DNA from: Eledone cirrhosa
Lineage: Eukaryota
Direction of reading: 5' to 3'
Assembly (NCBI GenBank): GCA_964016885.1
Contig: OZ024762.1
Location: 14,384,001 to 14,448,000, forward strand
Length of the DNA stretch: 64,000 nt
The first letter of the stretch is position 1. Each line of letters opens with the position of its first letter. Shown here piece after piece: positions 15,703-29,151 of this stretch. The notes below the pieces were generated by a model, which was given only the letters and a program-made list of their open reading frames with translations, was not told where the DNA came from and did not search any database. Both the position numbers and the translations under genes were made by a program.

Positions 15703-15772
15703 ACTGGTATTTTGTTTTATCAACCTCAAATGGGTGAAAGGCAAAGTTGACCTCAGCAGAATTTGAATTCAG
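15703..15772 (-). mobile_element. tRNA-derived SINE fragment (B-box-like plus Meta-like core); mirror at 31280-31349 (+)
   Basis: GAATTCAAATTCTGCTGAGGTCAACTTTGCCTTTCACCC..GTTGATAAAA..TACCAG. Confidence 0.55.
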
Positions 15773-16021
15773 AGAACTGAAGGCATTCTGTTACATTCAT
15801 ATATACATACTTACTTTGTCTAATAAACAAAACATCTTCTCTCTACACACACATAACATATAAAGCTACATTTATATATACCTCTTCTAAGAAATTAAAC
15901 CTACTCTAGACTTACACATAGATACAGTTATATATAAATACTTACCTTGTCAAATAAACACAACTAAATCTTCTCTAGACAGACACACAAAGCTACATTT
16001 ATATAAACATTCTTCTCTACA

Positions 16022-16080
16022 AACGAGGATCAGCTGAAAAGCTCATAGGCTGACTTTGAAGGAGTGATGCTAGAACTGCG
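16022..16080 (+). mobile_element. Mariner terminal fragment; mirror at ~30972-31029 (-)
   Basis: ACGAGG..CAGCTGAAAAGCTCATAGGCTGACTTTGAAGGAGTGATGCTAGA matches the mariner 5' end seen at 21927 and 28861. Confidence 0.7.
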
Positions 16081-16589
16081 ATATATTGTGGTTAGGTTCA
16101 TTATGATAGGACTTGGTGGAGCAACCAAAATTCACTGCCAACTCATGTACAACTTTATGATGTTCGTGATTCATCGGTGAAAAGGAATGACTCTGATAGT
16201 TCTGTTTCATGTGAGGAAGACAAAAGGAAACCTTCAGAGTGTGCATTGAACAATGTGGGATATTTCTAGAATGTAACTAATGCTAACTAGAATCATCCTT
16301 GGACATCATCATACATAGTATATATATAGTGTGTTTAGTACAGTGTAGTTGTAGCTAACTAGGTATTTGGTTTTATGAAATGAAAGGAACAAAAAAAAAA
16401 CTGTATATATACACTGATACTTCAATGTGTTATAAGCAATCCAATACTATTGTTGGATACATAGAGTGCTTCACCCTGCTTACACCAAAGTTTATGGATT
16501 AAATACAGGTAACAATATATGGCCATAGTACAGAAAATTCTTATAATATACATATATATATACACACACACACATATATATATATATAC

Positions 16590-17210
16590 ATCTCGGGCTG
16601 GATTCTGTTGAGGGTCTTCGCCACAAGTGACATCAATGAGATTCCCCTGTAGTTGTTCATGTTAGAGAGATCTCCCTTCTTTGGTACTGAGATGATGTTA
16701 GTGATCAAGGGCAACTTTCTCCAGTGCCTGGTTACAGAACTCCAGGATGATATCATCAAAATCACACCTCTTCATCACTTTTGATGCCTCTCCATCTTCT
16801 CCATGGGTCTTGATCTTCTTGGTTCTCTGAAGCCCCTCTCTGGCGAAGGTCCTGTCTCAATATCCAGTTCCTCAAACAGCTGTCTGATCTCTCTGGTATT
16901 CTGGGCTGTCGAAGGTGGCTCTCCTAGTAGAGTCTTAAAATGGTCCAGCTTCTTCTTACCCCCAGATCTAACTCAAACTCCCTTTCTTTCTTCCTTTAAT
17001 CTTGTTGATCATCATCCAGCTCTCTTTACACTTACACCTGTCCACCGCTCTCTTTACACTTACACCTGTCCACCGCTCTCTCTACACTCTGTCAACATAT
17101 ATGTTGATGCCCTAAGGACAAACACTGGTCTCTGGGAGAGATGGGACGATGATGGAGAACAGAGACCACTGGAGAGAACTCGTCCATGGATCTCGGGAAT
17201 TTTACCTGCT
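16590..17210. mobile_element. Rearranged non-LTR (RTE-like) LINE remnant; mirror at ~29850-30440
   Basis: IISVPKKGDLSNMNNYRGISLMS (RT N-terminal motif) on the minus strand, abutting a C-terminal-like YVDAL..MMENRDHWRELV segment on the plus strand. Confidence 0.65.
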
Positions 17211-17215
17211 CTCTT

Positions 17216-17247
<32 letters not shown>

Positions 17248-17683
17248 CACTGACCTCCTACAAGGTTACATCTCAAAGGAGGTTTACACCAGTTCTTTTA
17301 TCCCGAAACTTTTTCAGTAACTGTGGACAAGGAGTTTCTTATGGTTGTAGGTTTTTTGAAAGGGGAAAAATAACAGAAGGCAACACATAAGGTGATTGTC
17401 GTGTGAAGGAGGAAGATTGGTAGAGCAATGGACTCCCTGGACACTGGTAAGGCTAACTTAGAACAGGATGGAAAGGTATCCATGGTGAGTGAAAAACCTA
17501 ACCATTGTTTCAGCTACAGCAGCAGAGGAATTAAGTTATGGTGGGTTTGAAGAAAACAGAGTGGGATGTCTTCAATGTAGTGACTATATAGACCAGAGGC
17601 TTTCAACATAACTGATGAGTGTTTCAGTGGAGACCAGCAACCTCTGAGGAGCAGGGACTATAGTAGTAGAGATAGAATAGGCA

Positions 17684-17941
17684 GAGGGAACGGCATATTT
17701 AGGGGCTGGGGAGAAGCAGAGACCACTGTAGTAGAGGTAGACTAGGTAGAGAGGGAACAGGATATTTAGGGGCTGGGGAGTGCTAGTGAGGAGCAGGATC
17801 CAGTGAAGTAGAGGTAGACTAGGAAGAGACGGAATAGCATATTTAGGGGTTGGGGAGGAGCAGAGACCATTGTAGTAGAGGTAGAGAGGGAACAGCATAT
17901 TTAAGGGCTGTGGAGGAGCAGAGACCATTGTAGTAGAGGTA
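17684..17941. repeat. ~55-75-bp purine-rich minisatellite, ~4 units; mirror at ~29195-29385 has one unit fewer
   Basis: Recurrent GGAACAGCATATTTAGGGGCTGGGGAG..GCAGAGACCATTGTAGTAGAGGTAG. Confidence 0.8.
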
Positions 17942-17985
17942 TAATGTGCAGAAGGAGGAGAGACAATAATTGTGGACCAGAGCCT

Positions 17986-18276
17986 GTTGAATTGTTGATA
18001 AAGCTGGAGTGTCATCCCTTAATGTAGCAACCTTGTCAACATGAATGTCCTTGGGGGATAAACCCCTTTTCTTCAGGTACTTGATAATACCACGATGCCA
18101 AATTTTGTCCATTTTCAAGAGGTCATTACTAATTACATTTGAAGTCCTCTTTCAACTGTCAGATGTCCGTTTACTTCGAAAGAAACAATGCAGTTATTAA
18201 TAAGAAGGCTTGAAATTAATTCATGCAAGATTTCCCAGCTCTAGCATCAGTCCTTCATAATCAGCCAACCTTCGTA
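17986..18276 (-). mobile_element. Mariner 5' fragment (terminus, UTR, transposase N-terminal HTH)
   Basis: MDKIWHRGIIKYLKKRGLSPKDIHVDKVATLRDDTPALSTIQ resembles the mariner N-terminal HTH; starts at TA|CGAAGGTTGGCTGA. Confidence 0.85.
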
Positions 18277-19602
18277 CTTCTGCTGGGTCAAGTCCGACGG
18301 GGGCTGACGTCTTAAACAAGCCCCAACAAATAAGAAAGATTTAGAAGAGAATATACTACTTACTAGATATTCACACAAAAGTGACATTAGAATTATTGTT
18401 GAAAATAGCAGCCAAATATTTATCGCTCGCCACGTTTTAAATTAATGAAGGACACATTAGAAGATGTAGTTTTAGATAGTCATATATACACATATTGTTC
18501 AACGCTGGAATCTCATTGATTCTATATAGATAAGTCGATTCTCAGAGGACCTATTCAGGTTATGGGAACTGTTTGTCCCCCGTGCAAAAATTTGGCGTGT
18601 ATATATATAATTTCGAGTATATATATAATTTCGAGTATATATATATACACTTATATATGTCTGTATGCATTTTGTTGGGGTTTAAATGGTGAAAATTTCA
18701 TAAGGTAGCTATTGTTTACTTTCATTGACAAGTCAGACCTGAGCGATCAAGACATATATTTATATATACGTAATCAAAAGTAAAAACATTGTTACACAGA
18801 TAAAATATAAAAAGATTGTATTTACATGTGTCACAGCTAATTCACCTCCGTAATTCTTAGGAAACATGGCTGCTATTTCTAGCAAGTCGAGCGTAGACGT
18901 AGAGACATGTTGCTGTTGTTTACTTTTATTCACAGGTCTTGAACGAGCAAGACAAGATGACCCGACATGTGTGTAATCGATGGTATTCCTGCCGTGACCA
19001 TCCTGTGATTATATGATTATCAAGGTACCCACATCTACATCGTTGAATGCACCTTTCATTGTTTTGAAAGGGGCTGTAGAAGACAGAACATCTGAGGGTG
19101 AGAGGCCGGAGATCGTCAGTGAGTGGCTTTAAATTAATTAGCCATGATTCTATGAAATAAAGAAGCGAAATCACTTTGAAGAAAAATAGGAGAACAATAG
19201 TAATTATTATGAGGCCGGTGTAGCGATTACATATTGCCCTGTGTTTACATTAACCACTCCCGACACGACGGTAATTAGATATTCAGATTACAGGAAGGTG
19301 TGGGATAGAAGTAATTCTTTTATTTATTTACTTATATCAAACAACAAACACGGTGGCAAGGAGTAAATTAAAAAAGTCGCCTTTCTTTTAAAATAAAATT
19401 CAAGCCTAACCTCTCCCATGATGCAACAGTGCGGGTACATAAGTTGACGCTTTAGCGACATCAGTTCCTCAAATTTCACCAAGAGGAAATCTCAAGAACG
19501 ATAACTCTGTCTTTACTTAATCGCAAAAATGGGTGCAAAAAAATTATTTCGAAAACGACAATATTAAAAGTATTTTGTGGATTTTTAATAGGTGAACACA
19601 TC

Positions 19603-19715
<113 letters not shown>

Positions 19716-19739
19716 ATATATCCATATATATACACATAC

Positions 19740-19963
19740 ACTCTTTTACCTGTATCCGGCTGAGGCCATGCTGGAGCACCGCCCTTGTTGCTACACATTT
19801 TATCTCCAGCCTGTATAGGTTGGCCACTGGTGTAAGAGGGACTTTGTTGCTACTGCCCTTAGGTTTCCCTCGTGTCCTGCTGTGGGCTCATCCGGGATCC
19901 TGGATAACAAGGTGTCGAGATGTTTCTTGAAGACATCCACCTCCACGTCGTGCAAATCTCTCA
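19740..19963 (-). mobile_element. CR1-like LINE 3' end fragment; mirror at 24936-25172 (+)
   Basis: [37 protein letters not shown] aligns by eye with the C-terminus of the 43-kb LINE (RNLSGCSVESFKLQLDRYLSTIRDEP..RAQTDSNSLLH). Confidence 0.7.
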
Positions 19964-20033
19964 TGTATATATGTATATATATGCAAGTATATATATACAT
20001 GTATATATATACATGTATATATAACTATATATA

Positions 20034-21404
20034 TAGCATCACTCCTTCATAGGCTGACCAAGATACTCTCATTGAATGACCAAATGAGGTTTATTTTTCA
20101 ACATGCAAGATTTCACAGCTCTAGCATCACTCCTTCATAGGCTGACCAAGATACTCTCATTGAATGACCAAATGAGGTTTATTTTTCAACATGCAAGATT
20201 GCACAGCTCTAGCATCAATCCTTCATAGGCTGACCAAGACACTCTCATGGAATGACCAAATGAGGTTTGTTTTTCAACATGCAAGATTTCACAGCTCTAG
20301 CATCAATCCTTCATAGGCTGACCAAGACACTCTCATGGAATGACCAAATGAGGTTTATTTTTCAACATGCAAGATTTCACAGCTCTAGCATCAATCCTTC
20401 ATAGGCTGACCAAGACACTCTCATGGAATGACCAAATGAGGTTTATTTTTCAACATGCAAGATTGCACAGCCCTAGCATCACTCCTTCATAGGCTGACCA
20501 AGATACTCTCATGGAATGACGAAATGAGGTTTATTTTTCAACATGCAAGATTGCACAGCCCTAGCATCACTCCTTCATAGGCTGACCAAGATACTCTCAT
20601 GGAATGACCAAATGAGGTTTGTTTTTCAACATGCAAGATTTCACAGCTCTAGCATCAATCCTTCATAGGCTGACCAAGACACTCTCATGGAATGACCAAA
20701 TGAGGTTTATTTTTCAACATGCAAGATTTCACAGCCCTAGCATCACTCCTTCATAGGCTGACCAAGACACTCTCATGGAATGACCAAATGAGGTTTATTT
20801 TTCAACATGCAAGATTTCACAGCTCTAGCATCAATCCTTCATAGGCTGACCAAGATACTCTCATGGAATGACGAAATGAGGTTTATTTTTCAACATGCAA
20901 GATTGCACAGCCCTAGCATCACTCCTTCATAGGCTGACCAAGATACTCTCATGGAATGACCAAATGAGGTTTGTTTTTCAACATGCAAGATTTCACAGCT
21001 CTAGCATCACTCCTTCATAGGCTGACCAAGACACTCTCATGGAATGACCAAATGAGGTTTATTTTTCAACATGCAAGATTTCACAGCTCTAGCATCAATC
21101 CTTCATAGGCTGACCAAGATACTCTCATGGAATGACGAAATGAGGTTTATTTTTCAACATGCAAGATTGCACAGCCCTGGCATCACTCCTTCATAGGCTG
21201 ACCAAGATACTCTCATGGAATGACCAAATGAGGTTTGTTTTTCAACATGCAAGATTTCACAGCTCTAGCATCACTCCTTCATAGGCTGACCAAGATACTC
21301 TCATGGAATGACCAAATGAGGTTTGTTTTTCAACATGCAAGATTGCATAGCCCTAGCATCACTCCTTCATAATTAGCCTATGAACTTTTAAGCCCACCTT
21401 CGTA
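20034..21404 (-). repeat. 88-bp satellite array A (~15 copies) ending in a mariner terminus
   Basis: Period 88; ends TAGCCTATGAACTTTTAAGCCCACCTTCGTA. Confidence 0.95.
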
Positions 21405-21405
21405 C

Positions 21406-21925
21406 ATGCAAACAATGTATTTAATATACAAATAATTACTAAGAAATTCGAAATAATTTTTGCACCCATTTTTGCGATTAAGTAAAGACGGAGTTATCGT
21501 TCTTGAGATTTCGGCTCGGTGAAATTTAAGGAACTGATGTCGCTAAATCGCCAAATCATTTACCTGCCCCGTTGCATCATGGGAGGGTAATGGCTGCCTT
21601 TTATCTTTCAAAATCCATGGCAGTCTTTTTAATATCTTTCTCGCCAAAATGTTTTAATTATTTACTTATATGAAACAAGGAACAAGATTCTGCGAAATAA
21701 ACTAAAGAATCTGCCATCGTTTAAAAAATAAAAGGCAGCCATTACCCTCCCATGATGCAACGGGGCAGGTAAATGATTTGGCGATTTAGCGACATCAGTT
21801 CCTTAAATTTCTCCGAGCCGAAATCTCAAGAACGATAACTCCGTCTTTACTTAATCGCAAAAATGGGTGCAAAAATTATTTCGAATTTCTTAGTAATTAT
21901 TTGTATATACTTACGTTGTTTGCAT
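21406..21925. repeat. Central foldback: ~200-bp arms (21406-21604 and 21728-21925) around a 123-bp spacer
   Basis: Arms are near-perfect reverse complements, e.g. GTTGCATCATGGGAGGGTAATGGCTGCCTTTTAT vs ATAAAAGGCAGCCATTACCCTCCCATGATGCAAC. Confidence 0.95.
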
Positions 21926-21926
21926 A

Positions 21927-24826
21927 TACGAAGGTGGGCTTAAAAGTTCATAGGCTAATTATGAAGGAGTGATGCTAGAGCTGTGCAATCTTGCATGTTG
22001 AAAAATAAACCTCATTTGGTCATTCCATGAGAGTATCTTGGTCAGCCTATGAAGGAGTGATGCTAGAACTGTGAAATCTTGCATGTTGAAAAATAAACCT
22101 CATTTGGTCATTCCATGAGAGTATCTTGGTCAGCCTATGAAGGAGTGATGCTAGAGCTGTGCAATCTTGCATGTTGAAAAATAAACCTCATTTGGTCATT
22201 CCATGAGAGTATCATGGTCAGCCTATGAAGGAGTGATGCTAGAGCTGTGAAATCTTGCATGTTGAAAAATAAACCTCATTTCGTCATTCCATGAGAGTAT
22301 ATTGGTCAGCCTATGAAGGAGTGATGCTAGAGCTGTGCAATCTTGCATGTTGAAAAATAAACCTCATTTGGTCATTCCATGAGAGTGTCTTGGTCAGCCT
22401 ATGAAGGAGTGATGCTAGAGCTGTGCAATCTTGCATGTTGAAAAATAAACCTCATTTGGTCATTCCATGAGAGTATCTTGGTCAGCCTATGAAGGAGTGA
22501 AGCTAGAGCTGTGCAATCTTGCATGTTGAAAAATAAACCTCATTTGGTCATTCCATGAGAGTATCTTGGTCAGCCTATGAAGGAGTGATGCTAGAGCTGT
22601 GAAATCTTGCATGTTGAAAAATAAACCTCATTTGGTCATTCCATGAGAGTATCTTGGTCAGCCTATGAAGGAGTGATGCTAGAGCTGTGAAATCTTTCAT
22701 GTTGAAAAATAAACCTCATTTGGTCATTCCATGAGAGTATCTTGGTCAGCCTATGAAGGAGTGATGCTAGAGCTGTGAAATCTTGCATGTTGAAAAATAA
22801 ACCTCATTTGGTCATTCCATGAGAGTATCTTGGTCAGCCTATGAAGGAGTGAAGCTAGAGCTGTGCAATCTTGCATGTTGAAAATAAACCTCATTTGGTC
22901 ATTCCATGAGAGTATCTTGGTCAGCCTATGAAGGAGTGATGCTAGAGCTGTGAAATCTTGCATGTTGAAAAATAAACCTCATTTGGTCATTCCATGAGAG
23001 TATCTTGGTCAGCCTATGAAGGAGTGATGCTAGAGCTGTGAAATCTTGCATGTTGAAAAATAAACCTCATTTGGTCATTCCATGAGAGTATCTTGGTCAG
23101 CCTATGAAGGAGTGAAGCTAGAGCTGTGCAATCTTGCATGTTGAAAAATAAACCTCATTTGGTCATTCCATGAGAGTATCTTGGTCAGCCTATGAAGGAG
23201 TGATGCTAGAGCTGTGCAATCTTGCATGTTGAAAAATAAACCTCATTTGGTCATTCCATGAGAGTATCTTGGTCAGCCTATGAAGAAGTGATGCTAGAGC
23301 TGTGAAATCTTGCATGTTGAAAAATAAACCTCATTTGGTCATTCCATGAGAGTATCTTGGTCAGCCTATGAAGGAGTGATGCTAGAGCTGTGAAATCTTG
23401 CATGTTGAAAAATAAACCTCATTTGGTCATTCCATGAGAGTATCTTGGTCAGCCTATGAAGGAGTGATGCTAGAGCTGTGAAATCTTGCATGTTGAAAAA
23501 TAAACCTCATTTGGTCATTCCATGAGAGTATCTTGGTCAGCCTATGAAGGAGTGATGCTAGAGCTGTGAAATCTTGCATGTTGAAAAATAAACCTCATTT
23601 GGTCATTCCATGAGAGTATCTTGGTCAGCCTATGAAGGAGTGATGCTAGAGATGTGAAATCTTGCATGTTGAAAAATAAACCTCATTTGGTCATTCCATG
23701 AGAGTATCTTGGTCAGCCTATGAAGGAGTGATGCTAGAGCTGTGCAATCTTGCATGTTGAAAAATAAACCTCATTTGGTCATTCCATGAGAGTATCTTGG
23801 TCAGCCTATGAAGGAGTGATGCTAGAGCTGTGAAATCTTGCATGTTGAAAAATAAACCTCATTTGGTCATTCCATGAGAGTATCTTGGTCAGCCTATGAA
23901 GGAGTGATGCTAGAGCTGTGCAATCTTGCATGTTGAAAAATAAACCTCATTTGGTCATTCCATGAGAGTATCTTGGTCAGCCTATGAAGGAGTGATGCTA
24001 GGGCTGTGAAATCTTGCATGTTGAAAAATAAATCTCATTTGGTCATTCCATGAGAATATCTTGGTCAGCCTATGAAGGAGTGATGCTAGAGCTGTGAAAT
24101 CTTGCTTGTTGAAAAATAAACCTCATTTGGTCATTCCATGAGAGTATCTTGGTCAGCCTATGAAGGAGTGATGCTAGGGCTGTGAAATCTTGCTTGTTGA
24201 AAAATAAACCTCATTTGGTCATTCCATGAGAGTATCTTGGTCAGCCTATGAAGGAGTGATGCTAGCGCTGTGAAATCTTGCATGTTGAAAAATAAACCTC
24301 ATTTGGTCATTCCGTGAGAGTATCTTGGTCAGCCTATGAAGGAGTGATGCTAGAGCTGTGAAATCTTGCAAATTGAAAGATAAACCTCATTTGGTCATTC
24401 CGTGAGAGTATCTTGGTCAGGCTATGAAGGAGTGAAGCTAGAGCTGTGCAATCTTGCATGTGGAAAAATAAACCTCATTTGGTCCTTCCATGAGAGTATC
24501 TTGGTCAGCCTATGAAGGAGTGATGCTAGAACTGTGAAATCCTGCAAATTGAAAGATAGACCTCATTTGGTCATTCCGTGAGAGTATCTTGGTCAGGCTA
24601 TGAAGGAGTGAAGCTAGAGCTGTGCAATCTTGCATGTGGAAAAATAAACCTCATTTGGTCTTTCCATGAGAGTATCTTGGTCAGCCTATGAAGGAGTGAT
24701 GCTAGAGCTGTAAAATCTTGCATGTTGAAAAATAAACCTCATTTGGTCATTCCGTGAGAGTCTCTTGGTCAGCCTATGAAGGAGTGATGCTAGAGCTGTG
24801 AAATCTTGCATGTTGAAAAATAAACC
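21927..24826 (+). repeat. 88-bp satellite array B (~33 copies) starting at a mariner terminus
   Basis: CATTCCATGA at 22021 and 22109 gives period 88; begins TACGAAGGTGGGCTTAAAAGTTCATAGGCT. Confidence 0.95.
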
Positions 24827-25170
24827 ATGTATATATATATATAGTTATATATACATGTATATATATATACATGTATATATATACATGTATATATATATAT
24901 ATACATGTATATATATACATGTATATATATGTATATGAGAGATTTGCATGACGTGGAGGTGGATGTCTTCAAGAAACGTCTGGACACCTTGTTATCCAGG
25001 ATCCCGGATGAGCCCACAGCAGGACACGAGGGAAACCTAAGGGCAGTAGCAACAAAGTCCCTCTTACACCAGTGGCCAACCTATACAGGCTGGAGATAAA
25101 ATATGTAGCAACAAGGGCGGTGCCCCAGCATGGCCTCAGATGGATGACTGAAACTTGTAAAAGAGTAAAA

Positions 25171-25272
<102 letters not shown>

Positions 25273-25900
25273 TGTTGCATCATGGGAGAGGTTAGGCTTG
25301 AATTTTATTTTAAAAGAAAGGCGAGTTTTTTATTTACTCCTTGCCACCGTGTTTGTTGTTTGATTTAAGTAAATAAATAAAAGAATTAATTCCATCCCAC
25401 ACCTCCAGTAATCTGAATATCTAATTACCGTGGTGTCGGGAGTGGTTAATGTAAACAAAGGGCAATATGTAATCGCTACACCGGCCTCATAATAATTACT
25501 ATTGTTCTCCTATTTTTCTTCAAAGTGATTTCGCTTCTTTATTTCATAGAATCATGGCTAATTAATTTAAAGCCACTCACTGACGATCTCCGGCCTCTCA
25601 CCCTCAGATGTTCTGTCTTCTACAACCCCTTTCAAAACAATGAAAGGTGCATTCAACGATGTAGATGTGAGTACCTTGATAGTCATATAAACACAGGATG
25701 GTCACGGCAGGAATACCATCGATTACACACATGTCGGGTCATCTTGTCTTGCTCGTTCAAGACCTGTGAATAAAAGTAAACAACAGCAACATGTCTCTAC
25801 GTCTACGCTCCACTTGCTAGAAATAGCAGCCAACGTCTCCTAAGAATATATATATACATGTATATATATACATGTATATATAACTATATATATATATATA

Positions 25901-27092
25901 TAGCATCACTCCTTCATAGGCTGACTAAGATACTCTCATGGAATGGCCAAATGAGGTTTATATTTCAATATGCAAGATTGCACAGCTCTAGCTTCACTCC
26001 TTCATAGGTAGACCAAGATACTCTCATGGAATGACCAAATGAGGTTTATTTTTCAACATGCAAGATTGCACAACCCTAGCATCACTCCTTCATAAGCTGA
26101 CCAAGATACTCTCATGGAATGACCAAATGAGGTTTATTTTTCAAAATGCAAGATTGCACAGCTCTAGCATCACTCCTTCATGAGCTGACCAAGATACTCT
26201 CATGGAATGATCAAATGAGGTTTATTTTTCAACATGCAAGATTTCACAGCTCTAGCATCACTCCTTCATAGGCTGACCAAGATACTCTCATGGAATGACC
26301 AAATGAGGTTTATTTTTCAACATGCAAGATTGCACAGCTCTAGCATCACTCCTTCATAGGCTGACCAAGATACTCTCATGGAATGACCAAATGAGATTTA
26401 TTTTTCAACATGCAAGATTGTACAGCTCTAGCATCACTCCTTCATAGGCTGACCAAGATACTCTCATGGAATGACCAAATGAGGTATATTTTTCAACATG
26501 CAAGATTGCACAGCTCTAGCATCACTCCTGCATAGGCTGACCAAGATACTCTCATGGAATGACCAAATGAGGTATATTTTTCAACATGCAAGATTGCACA
26601 GCTCTAGCATCACTCCTGCATAGGCTGACCAAGATACTCTCATGGAATGACCAAATGAGGTTTATTTTTCAACATTCAAGATTGCACAGCTCTAGCATCA
26701 CTCCTTCACAGGCTGATCAAGATACTCTCATGGAATGACCAAATGAGGTTTATTTTTCCACATGCAAGATTGCACAGCTCTAGCATCACTCCTTCATAGG
26801 CTGACCAAGATACTCTCATGGAATGACCAAATGAGGTTTATTTTTCCACATGCAAGATTGCACAGCTCTAGCATCACTCCTTCATAGGCTAGCCAAGATA
26901 CTCTCATGGAATGACCAAATGAGGTTTATTTTTCAACATGCAAGATTTCACACCTCTAACATCACTCCTTCATAGGCTGACCAAGATACTCTCATGGAAT
27001 GACCAAATGAGGTTTATTTTTCCACATCCAAGATTGCACAGCCCTAGCATCACTCTTTCATAGTGAGCCTATGAACTTTTAAGACTACCTTA
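25901..27092 (-). repeat. 88-bp satellite array C (~13 copies)
   Basis: Same monomer and same left flank as array A. Confidence 0.95.
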
Positions 27093-27094
27093 TA

Positions 27095-27665
27095 TGCAAA
27101 TTATTAAGAAATTCGAAATAAATTTTGCACCCATTTTTGCGATTAAGTAAAGACGGAGTTATCGTTCTTGAGATTTCGGCTCGGAGAAATTTGAGGAACT
27201 GATGTCGCTAAATCGCCAAATCATTTACCCGCCCCGTTGCACCATGGGAGGGTAATGGCTGCCTTTTATTTTTTTAAAACCACAGTAGACTTTTCAATAT
27301 CTTTCTCGCCAAAATGTTTTAATTATTTACTTATATGAAACAAGGAACAAGATGCTGCGAAAAAACTAAAGAATCTGCCATCGTTTAAAAAATAAAACGC
27401 AGCCATTACACTCCCATGAGGCAACGGGGCAGGTAAATGATTTGGCGATTTAGCGACATCAGTTCCTCAAATTTCACCGAGCCGAAATCTCAAGAACGAT
27501 AACTCCGTCTTTACTTAATCGCAAAAATGGGTGCAAAAATTATTTCGAATTTCTTTAACAGAATTGTTGCATGAATTAAACACTGAATTTAAAGTATTTT
27601 TTGTACATTTTTTAACAGTGGCAATAGTAATTATTTGTATATTAAATAAATACTTTGTTTACATA
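27095..27665. repeat. Second copy of the central foldback, spacer in the same orientation
   Basis: CTTTCTCGCCAAAATGTTTTAATTATTTACTTATATGAAACAAGGAACAAGAT at both ~21635 and ~27301, with flanking inverted arms. Confidence 0.92.
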
Positions 27666-27799
27666 TACGAAGGTAGGCTTAAAAGTTCATAGGGTCACTA
27701 TGAAGGAGTGAGCTAGGGCGTGAAATCTTGCATGTTGAAAAATAAATCTTATTTGGTCATTCCATGAGAGTATCTTGGTCAGCCTATGAAGGAGTGATG
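27666..27799 (+). repeat. Mariner terminus plus ~1 satellite monomer (array D)
   Basis: TACGAAGGTAGGCTTAAAAGTTCATAGG followed by one 88-bp unit. Confidence 0.9.
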
Positions 27800-28860
27800 T
27801 TTGTTGTTTGATATAAGTAAATAAATAAAATAATTAATTCCATCCCACACCTCCCTGTAATCTGAATATCTAATTACCGTCGTGTCAGGAGTGGTTAATG
27901 TAAACAAAGGGCAATATGTAATCGCTACACCGGCCTCATAATAATTACTATTGTTCTCCTATTTTTCTTCAAAGTGATTTCGCTTCTTTATTTCATAGAA
28001 TCATGGCTAATTTATTTAAAGCCACTCACTGACGATCTCCGGCCTCTCACCCTCAGATGTTCTGTCTTCTACAACCCCTTTTAAAACAATGAAAGGTGCA
28101 TTCAACGATGTAGATGTGGGTACCTTGATAGTCATATAAACACAGGATGGTCACGGCAGGTATACCATCGATTACACACATGTCGGGTCATCTTGTCTTG
28201 CTCGTTCAAGACCTGTGAATAAAAGTAAACAACAGCAACATGTCTCTACGTCTACGCTCCACTTGCTAGTAATAGCAGCCATGATTCCTAAGAATTACGG
28301 AGGTGAATTAGCTGTGACACATGTAAATACAATCTTTTATATTTTATCTGTGTAACAATGTTTTTACTTTTGATTATGTATATGTAAATATATGTCTTGA
28401 TCGCTCAGGTCTGACTTGTCAATGAAAGTAAACAATAGCTACCTTATGAAATTTTCACCATTTAAACCTCAACAAAATGCATACAGACATATATAAGTGT
28501 ATATATATATACTCGAAATTATATATATATATACACGCCAAATTTTTGCACGGGGGACAAACAGTTCCCATAACCTGAATAGGTCCTCTGAGAATCGACT
28601 TACTTATGTATATAGAATCAATGAGATTCCAGCGTTGACCAATATGTGTATATATGACTATCTAAAACTACATCTTCTAATGTGTCCTTCATTATTTTAA
28701 AACGTGGCGAGCGATAAATATTTGGCTGCTATTTCCAGAAATAATTCTAATGTCTCTTTTGTGTGAATATCTAGTAAGTAGTATATTCTCTTCTAAATCT
28801 TTCTTATTTGTTGGGGCTTGTTTAAGACGTCAGCCCCCGTCGGGCTTGACCCAGCAGAAG

Positions 28861-29151
28861 TACGAAGGTTGGCTGATTATGAAGGACTGATGCTAGAGCT
28901 GGGAAATCTTGCATGAATTAATTTCAAGCCTTCTTATTAATAACTGCATTGTTTCTTTCGAAGTAAACGGACATCTGACAGTTGAAAGAGGACTTCAAAT
29001 GTAATTAGTAATGACCTCTTGAAAATGGACAAAATTTGGCCTCGTGGTATTATCAAGTACCTGTAGAAAGGGGGTTTATCCCCCAAGGACATTCATGTTG
29101 ACAAGGTTGATACATTAAGGGATGACACTCCAGCTTTATCAACAATTCAAC
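28861..29151 (+). mobile_element. Mariner 5' fragment, right-arm copy with in-frame stop
   Basis: Mirror of 17986-18276; CTG AAG changed to CTG TAG. Confidence 0.85.

Noticed and set aside
18926-19174. 82-aa ORF repeated at 25525-25773
   Set aside because: Non-ATG start, no recognisable motif; conservation is explained by the duplication.
21927-24826. Regular array resembling a CRISPR
   Set aside because: Whole 88-bp units are near-identical with no unique spacers, there are no cas genes, and the context is eukaryotic.
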